DNA of 64,000 bases from positions 54,934,001-54,998,000 of the forward strand of contig NC_087436.1 in the NCBI RefSeq assembly GCF_036321535.1, given 5' to 3'. Origin of the DNA: Camelus dromedarius (lineage: Eukaryota). Position 1 is the stretch's first letter; the number at the start of each line of letters is the position of its first letter. The translations under genes were made by a program, and so were the position numbers. Positions 1 to 14,026 of the stretch are shown in pieces. The notes beneath the pieces were generated by a model, which made no database searches, was not told where the DNA came from, and worked only from the letters and a program-made list of their open reading frames with translations.

Positions 1-636
1 TATAGAATTTAAAAGCTTTCATTCAACAAAAACATTTTTAAATTTAAATTTTTAAAAAAAGAAATACTTTCTCTAGAAAATGAGACTAATACAAGAGAAA
101 ATATGCTAACTTCAAGTGTTCCCTCAAGGGAATGATCCAAAGAATCATCCTAGTCTGGAGCCCACAGTCTACCAGCATCATCCAGTATCACGCAGACAGA
201 ATTCTAATCAACATTTGACTGCTCAAGTCAAATATGAACAGATAGCCACAGGTCACCACAGTTTGGGAAGTCCTTTAATATCAAAGACAGAGGCTAAAAC
301 AAATAAATAGAAACATCAAACAAAAAATAAAATCTCAGAAGAAAGAGTAAAGATAGGGAAAATGAAACTTCAAAAAACTGTTAAAGGCACGGTGAGAGGA
401 GCTACAAAAGGGCAGCAGAAGAAACTCTGAGGGGAATATGTAACTATTCGGTAATTATGACTGTGGTAGTGGATGAACAACTTTATGCATTTGCCAAAAT
501 GCACACAACTGTACATCACAAAGAAGAAAGTTTATTGATATAAGTCTAAAATATCACTAGGTTGTAAGAATAATTCAAAATAGAATGTAAACTGTAACAA
601 ATGAACCTAACTGCATCACACGTGAGTACTTAAGAA

Positions 637-1085
637 TGCCGAATAAATTGAATGGTGTCCCCTAAAAAAGATATGTTGAAATCCTAACCTCCAGTACCTG
701 TGACCTTATTTGGAAATGTATCTTTGCAGACCCAGTCAAGTTTAAATGAAGCCACTAGGGTGGAGCCTAATCCAATGTTCTCATAAAAAGGGGAAATTTG
801 AACACAGATACAGACACACACAGAAGGAAGACAATTTGAAGACACACAGAGAGAAGACGGCCATATGAGCAGAGTGATGCAACTACCAGCCAAGGAATAC
901 CAAGGACTGCTGTAGAAGTAGAAGAAGCAAGGAAGGACTCCCCCACTAAAGCCATCAGAGAGAATATGGACCTTTAGCTACCTTGATTTCAGACTTACAG
1001 CCTCCAGAACTGTGGGAGAATACATTTGTCATTTTAGGCTATCATTTTTTTGGTTTTGTTATGGCAGCCCTAGGAAACTAATACA
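637..1085 (+). mobile_element. MaLR LTR (MLT1B/C-like)
   Basis: Starts TG..ttgaatggtgtcccctaaaaaagatatgttgaaatcctaac and ends with the MLT1 terminus gttatggcagccctaggaaactaataca. Confidence 0.9.
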
Positions 1086-1393
1086 GTAAATTATTTTATA
1101 AAACAGCATTTTGATTAGATTCTATAAGGCTAATAACAAAAAGAACAGTTCACAAATACTATACCCTAGTTAACAAATTCGTTTCTCACAGGAGTATAGT
1201 TTAGAAATTTGGAACTACTTTACATATTCAGTAGAGCTGAACAAATTAGTAAATATATTGTAGATAATGCAAAATGAGAATGATTTCTCTGTTGTGGACA
1301 AAGATATTACAGATATGGAAAGGGGAAAGGCTAGATGAACTCTGTGGTTTTGAATCAGAACTGGAGCTGTCAATATAAATTAATGATTTTAAA

Positions 1394-1863
1394 TGTTGAT
1401 GAAAAGTTAATGAATAATCAATCTAAGAAAGAAATGGAAATTTTTATTTGAGCCAAACTGAGGCTTATAACCCAGAAGAGTCTCTCAAAGAGCTCTGAGA
1501 ACTGTTCTGAGCAATTAAGTAGGGAGGTCAATATATATGTGATTGTTGCAAAGGGGGCACATGTAATCAGGCACATATCTCAGTCGAAGATTGCTGCTAG
1601 TCACAAGGAATGGTCATCTTAGTTAATGGTTTTAGTGCTTTTCTAAGCATGGGAAAATGAAAAAATCCAGGTTCATAAAAAATTTCTCCTGAAAATACCT
1701 AACTATCTGAGAGCCAGTTCTACCAGTTCTCCCAGAGTACAAAGTGCCTCATCCTGATCTTCATCCCAAATTCCTTTTAGGATGTACTGTACGTCAGTGA
1801 CTGCAGTGGCTAATGACTCAATTCTTTTTCAGCTGGATGGTGGGCAACATTCTTTATTTTACA
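1394..1863 (-). mobile_element. ERV1-class 3' LTR
   Basis: TG...CA ends (tgttgatg / ttttaca) and minus-strand AATAAA near 1444. A polypurine tract (minus strand gaaagggaagagat) lies directly upstream at 1864-1877. Confidence 0.75.
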
Positions 1864-2151
1864 ATCTCTTCCCTTTCAGTCTTAATTTTGACCAAGACTT
1901 GGGAGGCATTTTGTGACCAATTTGTCCTATGCACTAGGAATGCTCATTCCCAGTCAGGTATTTCATTGATGAGTCATTCAATCTGCTTTTACTGGAAGAG
2001 GCCCTATTAACAGTAGCAAAAATCTTCTGGACTACTTGTCTTATAGTTTGTTATGGTACAGGAAATGATTCCCTCTTGTTGCTTCTTCCCATATATAGAG
2101 TTACACCATCACATTCATTGATGTTATTGGACTATATATTTGGTCAGTCAT

Positions 2152-2310
2152 TTAAAGTTTCCTAACCATCATTAATTTTATCTGTGGTTCAGTCACACAT
2201 TTGGTAATGCAAAAAACAATAATCTTGTACAAGAGACAGAATACAAATAATATAGCTAGTAACATTAATAGGGTCATAATTACATAATTAAGCTAAGAAT
2301 TCCCATTTGG
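2152..2310 (-). pseudogene. Degenerate retroviral env remnant (membrane anchor and cytoplasmic tail)
   Basis: Minus-strand translation PNGNS*LNYVIMTLLMLLAILFVFCLLYKIIVFCITKCVTEPQIKLMMVRKL* gives a hydrophobic span plus an env-like tail, ~290 bp upstream of the PPT and 3' LTR. Confidence 0.6.
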
Positions 2311-2695
2311 TGCAGCTTAGTATCTTCCCAGGTCATCTGACCAGTCTGTTCTGCACAAACTGCTACCTTTAAGGGAAATGATACACTGGCATTGAAAATA
2401 AAATGTTCACCAAAGATATCTGCACATACAAGGAGAGTGGTGGATCATTGTGACCCCTTATAGGATTGAGAAAGGAATGCTATCTTCCAAGGATTATATA
2501 GCTGGTACCAGAAAGAAAAAAAAATTGATCTCTATGGTTGAGCATGTATTTCTGCCATTAAAGAGGTCCAGTTAACACATAATGCAGATGTACAAAGCAC
2601 ACTAGTGGGGAAGGAGGAGGTAAAGTGGCAGAGAAAAAAGTTTTATGTTTAAATTTTTCCTGTGTTTCCTTAAAAAGTGAATCTTTATTTCATTA

Positions 2696-2737
2696 TGTGT
2701 GTGTGCGTGTGTGTGTGTGTGTGTGTGCGCGTGTGTA
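2696..2737. repeat. (TG)n microsatellite
   Basis: Direct reading of the sequence. Confidence 0.95.
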
Positions 2738-3999
2738 TAAAGTATATATACATACATATGGGGGAATATAGATGTCTGTGTATGTTTGTACCTGTGTGTG
2801 CATGACTTAATATGTATACCTATATTTTCAAGGTCTGTCCACTGAGAGGTCCTAGAAGCAATGGTAGACTTAGGGACAAAATTTAGTTTCTTAAATACCA
2901 CTATTCAATAAATATAACCAGGGCTCCTTGAAAAAGTGACTGATTCCAGGACTGAGAGAGTGTAAACACATGATGAGCTCTTTGTATACTTTGTGTAATT
3001 TTTAAAGTAGAAAAAGTGCTCAAAAATAGCTGGATGTGTGTTAAAAGGTCACTGAAACCAATCTGAAACAATGGCCAAGGACCAAAGCTAGAACAATCAG
3101 AGCAAGAAAATAAGTAATAAGGGTATTGGATTAAACTGAAAGAATAAAATAAATACCCATGAGCCTAAATTTATGTAAATAAATAATTAAATAAATAAGA
3201 AGTGGAAGAGAAGATACAACTTTTCCATATAAAATAATTCTAATTATTAGATGAAGAAGGTATGAGAAAAATAAAATCACAATCAGACATGAAGGAAATA
3301 ATTATCGTGAGCAACATCCACTCTTGGCAATGGAAGCTAAACTTAAGGTCCAAATGTTTGAAATAAAACAGGATATCACAGCCTCAAGAAATCTCTCCTA
3401 AAATATTTATTAACTACAAAGTTATAAAAAAAAGTAAAAAGTACTTTTCCAGTGGATAAAACAGGCAGACACCACCTTACCTAGGTAATCAAGGTAAACA
3501 TCATCAGTAATAAGACACATCAACATCGGGTATCTTTGAGATAACAGACTGGGAAGGGCACATTACCTTGATAGTTTTCTCCAGAACCCACAACCTCAAT
3601 CTAATCATGGGAAAACATCACATTAACCCATACTGAATGATATGTTACAAAACAATTGATCACTATTCTTTAAAAGTAAGGTCATGAAAGACAAGGAAAG
3701 ACTGAGTAACTGTTACAGACTTGAGGAGACTAAGGTGACATGGTGATTAAGTGCTATGTAGACTCCTGGAAGAAATAAAGGACATTAGAGGAAAAAAAAA
3801 AACCTGGTAAAATCCAAATGAAGTCTGTAGTTTAGTTTATAATATTTTATCAAGGTTAATTTCTTAGTTTTGATCATTATGCAATGGTTATGAAAGATGT
3901 TAGCCTTAGGGGAAAATGAGTGGAGGTATATGAGAACACTCTGTATGATTCTGGCAACTTTTTTGTAAATCTACCAAAAAAAAAAAAATTAAACGCTAA

Positions 4000-5790
4000 T
4001 TATAACCTCAGAGAGATACAAAAATATAATGAGCTGTTAAATAAGAGAATAATACTATAAAAATAGTATTTATGGAACAAAAAGATATTCCTTGAGAATT
4101 AAAACAATGAGAGTAGAAAAACCCAATAAAACTGTTCATAGATTAAAGCTAGAACAATTTCCCAGATGGTAGAAAATTAAAGAGAAAATAAGATAAAGGT
4201 TAAGAAAATTAGAAGAGAACTTCAAAAGATTTAGCATCTAATAGAGGAGTAAGAAATTATCAAATTAATAACAAAATAATTTGAGAAAATATCCTAATTA
4301 AAAAATGCAAAGAATACCTTTATTTGTTTATATCAGTATGGCTTAATTGATATTTATTGAATTACCCAGTGCTACTGCATTAGATGAAAATAGGTTTAAA
4401 AAAAGACACATTCCTGTGAAATTTCAGGACATTGGAAGCAAAGAAAAGGTTTTTAGAGAGAGAAAAAAAGCCTTACTAAAAAGATCAAAGATAGAAGAAC
4501 GTTTTGTTCTTTGGGCCTTTTGAGCAGCAGCACTGGAAGTTAAAAAATAATAGAAAATTTTTAGTATAAAATAACTTTCAAACTAGGATATAAACAAGCT
4601 AAGCTATTATTCAAATGTGGAAGAAAAACAGACTTTGTAAATTTTATTTTTTACTCAAGTGTAGTTGATTTACAATGTTAGTTTCAGGCATACAGCAAAG
4701 CAATTGGTATATATATATATATATGTATATACACACACACACACTTTCAGATTCTTTTCCATCATAGCTTATTACAAGAAACTGAATATAGCCCCCTGTG
4801 CCATACAGTAGGTCCTTGTTGTTAATCTATTTTACACATAGTAGTGTGTGACTGTTAATCTCAAGTTCCTAATTTATGCCCTCCCTTTCCTCTTTGGTAA
4901 CCATAGTTTGTTTTCTATGTCCATGAGTGTATTTTTGGTTTGTATATAAAATTTATACCTTTTTTTAGACTCCATGTGTAAGTGATATCATATGATATTT
5001 GAAAATATAGACACTTTTATACCGGCAATGTCTCAAAAATTTACCTCTAATACACTTGGTGTGGAAAGCCATGGGAGGATGTACTTCATCAAACCAAGGA
5101 AGAAAACATAGAAGTCATGGATTTGGGCACAAAGGAGAAGCTAAGGAAAACCTCAGGATGATAATAGGTATTCCTCTTCAACTCCCAACAAAAAGAGATT
5201 CTGAAAGAGATTTTCAAGATAAAAGTTCATAGAATACTGTACTGAATGTTGTTCAGTACATCAAAAAGAATTATACAACTGAAAAAAATGGGAGGATAAA
5301 TTAGTGATATGTATATAGAAAAACAAGCAGAAAGACAGAAGTAAACATTAACTCCAAGGAAAACAAAAGTTGCGTAGTAAAGGAAGAGTTACCCATAGAT
5401 TACTATATATATGGCTTAGGTGTGAACTGATTTGGGTCACATAAAGTTGAATACAGAACTGACCAGTTGTTATGTTTATATCGGTATAAAGGGGTATTTA
5501 GAAGCATGAATATGTGATGTAGAGTTAGCTGTATGACAGAAAGCCAAATCCTAGTCTTTCATTTTGGTAGTCCAGTGACAGTTTTATGGTGTTAAAATAT
5601 AGAAATAATGATAAATTGCAAGGTTTGTAGAAGTATGAAAGAAAATCCTAAAAGAATAAATACAAGAAGTCAAAGTCAGTAATCTTCAAGGTGTAATAAG
5701 AAAACACAAATGCAGTTTCTGGAATCTTTAAACAATGTTTACAAATAATCTTCATAAATATTGAAAACTCAATATAAAAAAGAAAAAAGG
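4000..5790 (+). mobile_element. HAL1 / old L1 ORF1-like remnant, interrupted by a minus-strand L1 3' end
   Basis: ORF1-like degenerate tract (agacacattcctgtgaaatttcagg...gcagcactggaag) and HAL1-like aaaaatttacctc...gggaggatgtacttcatcaaacc. Highly diverged. Confidence 0.55.
4642..5000 (-). mobile_element. 5'-truncated cetartiodactyl-type L1 3' end
   Basis: T-rich tail, then aagtgtagttgatttacaatgttagtttcagg...gccatacagtaggtccttgttg...aagtgatatcatatg. Confidence 0.85.
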
Positions 5791-5864
5791 AATAATTAGG
5801 TGATTCCCAAATGTAAAAAAAAAAAATGCCAAAGCTACTAAAATTGTTTTGGATAGCATTATGA

Positions 5865-6370
5865 GAATATTTACCATGTGCTAGGTGCTGTTCTCAGTAC
5901 TACACATTTATTAAGTCAGTCTTCTTAATAGTCATTCCCACTTAATAAATATAACACTATATTCAAAGAAATTATGTCTCCAAAGTCACACATAATGATA
6001 TGGTAGCAACAGAATGTACCTTGTCAGTTTGTCTCCAGAGCATGCATTCTTAACAGAAATGCCCTGAAATCTCTTACAGGATGAAACCTATTAGCAGAAT
6101 ACTGCAGTCGTGTGGACAGATCCCTAGAGATGGTGCAAGAACACCTGGGTCTTTATTTTGACTCTACTACTTATCAACTACGAAGCTTTTGACAAAGCAA
6201 TTTTTATGAACTTTAGCTTTCTTGTCTGTCCTGAGAATAACTTCTCCTGAGTGCTGATATTAAAATAAAATAAGGTGATGTGAAGTCAAGCATAAGGAAC
6301 AAACTGATACAAAGCCTACGTTGGGAATGGCACGTAGTAGGCAATCAGTAAATGTTAACTGATTTGAATA
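5865..6370. mobile_element. MIR fragments (minus ~5865-6055, plus ~6130-6370)
   Basis: MIR-like motifs ccatgtgctaggtgctgttct, aaagtcacaca and tggcacgtagtaggcaatcagtaaatgtt. Confidence 0.55.
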
Positions 6371-7478
6371 GATTACTGAAATGAATGTAAAGTTCAGTGT
6401 TATGTAGGTGCACCTGCAATTCTTAATTTTAGCAATAGCTCCTTCAGAGTCTCTAAAGAAAAGCCATGGACACTTGAAGGAAAGCTAAACTATATACATT
6501 TTATGATGATTGAAAGTAGATGGTCTAAATTTCCTTTTACATATATTATTTTTCTCAGAATCAATCCAGGATAATTATTACTTAAGTCACCATGATATCT
6601 TTGACATTTTTTTTTCCAAATGCTCCTTTTCCAAAAATAGTTTGTTGTTCGAAATTAATTCATGCATCTGACTTAATTGCACTTGTTAAAATTATTCTCT
6701 CGGGTTGTTCTGCATGAATAGTAAGTTCAGTCAATAGTTCTACACTCCAGGGATGAAATTTTGACAACTTTAAAATGAATCTGCTTCTGAATAATCAGAC
6801 TCTAAAAAACTTTATTGTGGAAGAGCAGCTTTTAAGTATCCGAACTAAGACAGTTTTCTTGCTTCTCAGCATTTCTCAAGTGTCCAGAGAAACATTCATG
6901 CCTCAGGACATTACTAGCTGCTATGAGAAAAAGGTATTCTGTGATGATAAAAATACTTGGAAAATGCTGAATTAAAGTAAGATAGGTTTCTTTTCTGTGA
7001 GACTTTCCAGAACCTCTAATGTGGTAACTTATGCCTGAATCTCTAATAGGAAATAAAATACACACTGTTTCCCCAGATTATATTGCCCATTGTATCTTTT
7101 TTGTTTGATTTTGGTTTGTTTGTTGTTTGTTTCTGAAACTTTCTTAAGAAACAATTTTTTCCTCAGAAAACACTTTAGGAATGAAAACTTGAACTAACAG
7201 AAGCAGGAAGGTGGATGTGGGTAGCTCACTTTTTAATTTTTATATTTTATTTGCAGTCCTTTCTTGCCTACTTCCTATCCCACAAAGTTGACATTTCTCT
7301 CTAGAAGTCAAATTATTTTTTATAACTTATTTTCTCCTATAAGTATTTTATACCAATAGAAGGGAAAAAATCAATAAATTTAGAAACCTAATGTGTAAAT
7401 AGAATTATATCTAAAACTCAATTAATAAGAGCAATTTTCACCAAGAAAATAATTTCTACTTTTAAAATTACAAACGTA

Positions 7479-7731
7479 GAAAACAAATTTAGGGTTACCA
7501 AAGAGGAAAAGGCAGGGGGAAGGAATAAATTAGGAGTTTGGGATTAATACATATACCATACAATATGTAAAAGATAGACAATAAGGTCTCTATAACACAG
7601 GGAGCTATCTTCAATATCTGGTAATAACCTATAATAGAAAATAATCTGAAATATATACATTTGTATATAACTGAACCACTTTGCTGTACACCTGAAACTA
7701 ACACAAGGTTGTAAATCAACTATATTTCAAA
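7479..7731 (+). mobile_element. Short L1 3'-end insertion with 15-bp TSD
   Basis: L1 3'UTR sequence flanked by aaaattacaaacgta (7464-7478) and aaaattacaaatgta (7732-7746), at a TT/AAAA endonuclease site. Confidence 0.9.
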
Positions 7732-9560
7732 AAAATTACAAATGTAAACCAAGTTAGTATTGAATAATGGTTCAAACTGTACATACTAAAGTTTGTTTTG
7801 GAATCAGATCTGGGCACATAGCTATTCAAGATTTAGTTTTGCAAGTATTGTAAAATGGAGAGGCAAGTCTAGCATATTTTCTCATTTGGGTGGAGGACCT
7901 TTTTTGAGTTTTTTCCTAAGGATATTTCCTTCTCAGAGAATGAAATGAACAATAACATATAATTAATTTTTAGAAAGGCAAATTTGTGTACAACTTTTTA
8001 TTTTATGTATTAAATAAAATGTTAAATATGAGAAACTTGATTAAGTAATTTAATAGTGAGTTCCTAACTTTACCAAATTGGACTCTCACTTTCTGATCTG
8101 TGAAATAAATAAAACAAGAAAAAATATTCCAGTTTCTGTTTTCCATATAAACTGCAATAACAAATTATTATTATATTTAGAAGTATATTTGATTCTAAAC
8201 TTAGGCTATCAAGCGGATAGGCTAGGCAATTATCTGGGTCATTTATGGTAAGAAAATATTTTAAAAGGACTATCCAGATAAGTGAATTAATGGAATTTAC
8301 AATATGTATAAAATGGACCCCAGATCTACCCAGAATATCTATCAACCTCAGGGACATTCCAAAGAGAATCACTAGATAAAGAGACACAGCAGGTGCATAG
8401 CCTAGTCTCTGTCCCTTTTTAGATCCCTTTCTATAGTACTTGCTAACATCTGTCACGGACAGCAGTGTTTTCCTTTGTCTTAGTGACACGATAATCTACA
8501 CCAAGGACTCTCCACCTTTTCCTACTGGGAAATAAGCTTGCAGAGAAGCCCATACCAAGAGTAGCCATAGGTGTAGTCTCTTCCACAGTAAAGTTGGAAG
8601 AGAAATCACCAGGGAGGGTGCTCGGTTTCAAGAATATGAAAGACATGTTGGTTGTCAGGCCTCTGTGACAAATATAACAATAATAGCAACATGTATATCT
8701 CATATTTTCTTCATATAGATTATCTTTGCAGTAAAAAGAGCTTTTCATAAATTTGATTTAATTCTTTTCAGTATATAATATTCATGGAAATAAGTGTTTC
8801 AGTGGTTCTCTGATTTTATTTAACCTCATGCATATAAACATCCCAACAAACTTTCCTCTATGAAGAAAATATATCCTTCAACTAGTGCTGTTCATGCATC
8901 TAATTTCTTCACAATTAAAGTCTAACTAAAAGCCAAAAGCCACTAATGCATGGCTAATTTTACAATGCAAGCAGTTGTTGTTGTTAGAACATATTCTACT
9001 GTTAGCCTCTGGCTCCAGTGACTGCCATCCAAAGACTGCAAGGAAGAAACAATTTGGAGAACAAGATATGCTGTTTGCTGGGGGCACAGAACATAACTAG
9101 TTGAAAGTCCTTAAATATAAGTGTCTATAAGTGTGATGCATAATCTATTAAATATATTTCAATTACAGATCACATTTTTTAAACATAATTTCTCATCATG
9201 AAATTACTTCAAATATTTAAGAAATTAAAAAAATGATAACCTTAATTAATCAATACAATTTAACCTGAATTTGTACTTTTATTTAAAGTCTTTAGTTGGA
9301 TTTTTTTTTCCATTTAACTAGAAAGCATATGCAGGTGTGCAAATATAAGATAATAAGCAATAGCCTTGGATTTGTTTTAGCTTTGCATATGTGGGAAGAG
9401 AAAAGACTTTAGAATGAACCTCATCTCTGGGGACACATGTAGAAAAAAATCTAAATATTCAGTTCTATATGACTGGGTATTATTCAGGATTGATGCTTTA
9501 TTGAATTAAACATTCTATTCAAGTATGTATAAAAATAATAAAAACTGATTCATATATATC

Positions 9561-10103
9561 TGCAGTCCATTGCAAAAGATGGCCACAGATAATTCTTACA
9601 TCTGTATGCATATTTCTTTGCAATGTGACTACTAGTACTTTTTCCATCAAGTTGTGACTACTAGCACTATTTCCACTATGCCTGAATCTGAGCTGGCACT
9701 GAGATACTCTTTGATCAACAGAACATGGTGGAATTGATGCTGTGCAACTTCTGCGTCCACATCCCAAGAGTACTTGCAGATTCGCACTAACCTTCTGAGA
9801 ACATGCTACAACCCTGTAAAGAAGCCTGAGATAAGCTCCTTGAGGTTGTGACCTCTAGAAAGAGAGATCCAACCAACAATACACCACATGACTGACATGT
9901 GTTGGGTTATTTTGGACCATCTGTCTTTACTGGAGCCACTGTTGACTGTAGTTGAAAGCATGACACAGAAGAGACTAGTAGAAGAACTACCAGCTGAACC
10001 CAATCCAACTGCCAACTCACTGAATCATAAACAAATAAAGAGTTGTTGTTTTAAGCTACTACAATTTGGGATGGTTCATTTGTAACAATAGATTACTGAG
10101 ACA
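9561..10103 (+). mobile_element. MaLR LTR (MLT1G/H-like)
   Basis: Starts tgcag..caaaagatggccac and ends aataaagagttgttgttttaagctactacaatttgggatgg...gattactgagaca. Confidence 0.8.
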
Positions 10104-10919
10104 ACATTTTACCAAAGGTTTAATACACAGAATGCCTTGCAATCACCTGAAGGGAAGATATTATCCATACTGCTTCTTACAAAATGTATTTTTATAATGT
10201 TCTAATTTAGAACCCATTAAAGATATTGCATCAGCTAATATATATCTTGCATATCATTTAAAAATTATTTTCTGAATGATTCTCATCACTAATGCTTTCT
10301 CTGGTTTCCTTATTCACAAAAAAGCTTTCTTCATATGGAATTTGTTCAGTTTGAGTTCCTTCTGGTTAAGTATATTGTCTTGAACTTCACTTAATAAATT
10401 TCAATATATTATTGCAGAATGTGTTTCTCGGGCCATTTGGGACATTCCTATCTTCTTTGGATATGCTGTTCGCACTCCTTAGTTCAGTATCATTGGAATT
10501 CTGTCATCAAGCTCACTGTCTACAATGTGAAATCCCATTGAGTACAGGATCAACTACAGAGGAATACTTCTGGGTTCTCTCCATTCAGAAGGCACAGCAG
10601 CACTCCTGACAAGAGTCCTTGCCTGCTCCTGCCCTATCTCCATCAAGAATAATATGTTCCTGTGGAGCATACTACTACAGGTGATATAAAGGTATTGTCC
10701 TATAGCCATTCTGCTTGGGGTAAATCACATCTGTTAGTTAGGGATGCTGACCAGAATCAGATTCATGCACGTATGGCTTTAGAATTGGTGATTTATATTG
10801 AGATTTTGTGCTGTCCATATAAAATCTGTATTTATTCTTTCTCTGCAGCATGAGTATACCAGCTAAAACAGATAACCACTCCTTGGAAAGAAGCTCCCTA
10901 ATTTATTCTGAAGGGTTAT

Positions 10920-11300
10920 ATGCTAATTAGGATTCCAGGAAGAAACAGGTTGCACCCTCAGAAGGATAACTGAAGGGAATTTAATAAAAGGATGCTTTTC
11001 AGAGTTGGAGATAAGATGAAGCCATTGTTGTCCCTGAAGTGGTAAGTGTAGGCTGTACCTTGCAGAACTGGACTGAAGCTGAAATCATAGAAAGTGCCAA
11101 AACAAGAGTCCTGCACAAAGAAGAAATGGATTTGAATAATATCCTACATATTATTTCATTAAGCTTTCTCATCTCAGTTGACTCCTTCAATTTGTCAAGT
11201 TCAACTTGAAGCCAGAGGGCAAGACAGCCCTGGACTCTTGGGGCAAACAGCAGGGTACAGAATCATAAACTGGATATGCAGTAACACAGAATAACCTTCA
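10920..11300 (-). mobile_element. Old MaLR LTR (MLT1K/L-like)
   Basis: ttaggattccaggaagaaacaggttgcaccctcagaaggataactgaagggaatttaataaaagg resembles the antisense 3' end of old MLT1. Confidence 0.55.
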
Positions 11301-11514
11301 CAGCTAGGGTAGAATGGTTACAATGTTCTAGATTTAATTTAGCCTTCTTTATTCTGCTCTCAGCAGATCAGGTGCACTCAAATATTGCTTAAGAATCAGA
11401 TGTCTTCTCTGTTTACCAAATATGGAATTGGCAGGGAATTTAACTTTACTGTATATATACAATAAATACATCAAAATAAACTAGACTTGCTTTCCTTAAC
11501 TCGAGAAAAGTGTA

Positions 11515-11760
11515 AGGAGTAAGCCTGGGCTCTGAATATTAGATAAATTAGCTCTAAATCCTGGATTTGCCACTTCTTAGCTGTAAATCCTTAAGTAATA
11601 AACTTAATTTTTTGTTCTTTCATTTTGTTACCTGTAAAATGGAGATATCTATACCTACCGTATAGAATTACTGTAAAGATTAAACGAAAAGATGGTTGTA
11701 AAAAATTCATAGTATGCTAGTAATTTAGTAAGCTGTAAATAAATGTAAATTATTGTTTTT
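11515..11760 (+). mobile_element. MIR SINE
   Basis: ggctctgaatattagataaattagctctaaatcctgg...gccacttcttagctgt...cctgtaaaatggagata core. Confidence 0.75.
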
Positions 11761-13722
11761 AGCTAAAATTTGTTAGAATTAACAATCTAGATTATTGCTA
11801 CTTTTTTCTTATTTAATAACCGGGGTTATTTCTGAATGTGTGGGTCTCTGGATTCCTGCGTCTATTAATAGCTTTCTTTCAAAAACTGTGAATTCATCTT
11901 TAAATATCAGTAAATAATTGATAATACATTTGATAGCAATTATACAAATAAAATTAGTTTTAACTTATTAAGTTAATAATATTAATAATAAGATTACAAT
12001 TATCTATTAATAATAAGATGACTATCAGGCACATTGATCTGCCACTTGATAGAAAAGTTTATGGCCTGGGTCCCAGGCCAATATGGATTAGTTTCTTCAC
12101 TCATGAGAGTTACTCAGTGTGTTTTAATTAAAATTCATATTGCCAAGTCCATATGCTGAGGTGGTTAGAACAATGGACATCTTAGTGAGAAGACATTTAC
12201 AGCAACTGGAGATGTATTAGTGACACTACCAAGACACTGATCAAAGCATTTATTGCTCTGAGAGTTTTTACATTTGAAATTTTAATAAAACAAGTTCATA
12301 TTTGTGTGAATAGCATTTTTACAATCACAACTTCAATTAGATACTGTTTTTTTTTTCTTCTTTGAAGATTTTGGAAAGAATATAATTTTGAAAACCTTTC
12401 CTATCACATGCACATGCTCTGTTTTATGATAAGCTCTCATAGGTGTTGCTTTATGAAGAATAAGTGGTACAAGATAAAAACCATTGGATAAGTCCAGAAT
12501 TAGAACAAAAAAAGTGATGATCCAAAATATTATACTTCAAAAAAATCACTAGAGTGTTAAGTGATGATTTAAAAACACAGCCAAACTTTCAATCTCGAAG
12601 AAAATCTGGGAAGTATTTATCAAAACCAATAAATAGTAATTTCTTCAGGGTACTTTTCAAATGGTATTTCATCACTAGTTTTATTTTGATCTATTTTTTA
12701 AAACTTCAATTCCTCATGAAAACAAGTTGTATAGTTTATGGTATTACTCTAGCAAAATGATTTCCATAAATAAGGCAAGATGCAATGGAAAGGAACACAT
12801 ATAAAGATTAATGCATCAGACTTTTAGGCTTATGGTGACTAACTATAATTCCTGAGCCTGAAGTTATTGGAAAGAAAATCTCTCTTATGGAAACAGGCAA
12901 CAAATTCCAAACTATCTGGGCAGCACAAGCAATTTACTTTCCCTTGACTTAAAGAATTGTGGTTTTATAGCCATTTTCCCTGAGTTTATTGATTTCATAT
13001 GCAGTTTTGTACAATGACATAAGGCATCTGGGCTTCACACACAGAGACAGAAAGGATAACTAACACTTGTATCATTTGTCAACCCAAAGTAATCAATGGG
13101 ACCTGGTTTCCACTTAAACGTGCAAAGCAACAAGGCAAATTCTCTTCAATCAAAATGCCTCAGGGACAAGAAAGGCAAGACTATTGCAGAAAAGAAGAAG
13201 AAAAATAAGAAAAAGAAATCTTAATGTTAAATTCTTGTCAGAAAATAAAATCATGTGTAAGTTTTTTGGCATCTTCCATCAAATGTCACTTTAATTGCAT
13301 TGTAATGCTAGTCACCTCTGTGTGAATGTTTGTTCTATGCACCAAAAAAAAAAGTGTGGGTTCCATAAGGTTATTAATGTGTATGCTCAAGAAAAGCAGA
13401 TGCACTTTAATAGAACATAATTAGTTAGGCAAATCTGATACCACATTGAAGTCCTATAAAACTTTATAAAATCATATTAAAAACTTGTATTTTAGTTTAT
13501 GTTTCATTTCCCTACATCAGTATACCCATTCATTATGTCATTAAAAGTAACTAAATATTCAGTAGAAATGGTAATACTCAGAGGCAGACCTAGTCAAAAT
13601 TCTAAAGTTGGTGAAACTGTTCTTTCTTTTTTCTAAACTTTCTTTGCCTGTGCTTTTCGTCTATAACTGTAACAACTGTGCCCAGTATCCAGTGCTTTCA
13701 TGTTACTTCATTGCTACTCTCT

Positions 13723-14026
13723 TGTTATGAACTGAATGTTTGTGTTGTCCCAAAATTCATATGTTGAAATCCTAACCCCCAATGTGATAGTATTAGGGAG
13801 CAGGACTTTTTAGAGGTGATTAGGGCATGAGGGTGTAACTCCATGAATGGGATTAGTGCCTTTATATAAAAAAGAATCCAGACAGTCATCAACGATCCAG
13901 GAAGCTGGACTTCAGCAGACTCCAAATCCTCTGGTGCCTTGATCTCAGCTTCCAGAGCTATGAAAAATAAATTCTTGGTTAAGCCACTCAGCCTATAGTA
14001 TTTTTGTTACGGCAGCCCAGACAGAA
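13723..14026 (+). mobile_element. MaLR LTR (MLT1A-like)
   Basis: tgttatgaactgaatgtttgtg..cccaaaattcatatgttgaaatcctaacccccaatgtgat...aataaattcttggttaagccactcagcctatagtatttttgttacggcagccc. Confidence 0.9.

Larger units (their letters stand above)
385..3990 (+). mobile_element. Old L1MC-type LINE-1 3' region, split by an MLT1 LTR (637-1085), an ERV fragment (1394-~2690) and a (TG)n tract
   Basis: L1MC-like 3'UTR motifs (tagaatgtaaactgtaacaaatgaacctaactgcatcaca; gggctccttgaaaaagtgactgattccagg) resume after each insertion. It ends in ...ttttgtaaatctacc plus an A13 tail at ~3976-3988. Boundaries approximate. Confidence 0.7.

Noticed and set aside
8070..8748. Overlapping 139-aa and 101-aa minus-strand ORFs
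   Set aside because: AT-rich, Ile/Leu/Phe/Tyr-biased translations with no domain and no splice context. Typical random ORFs.
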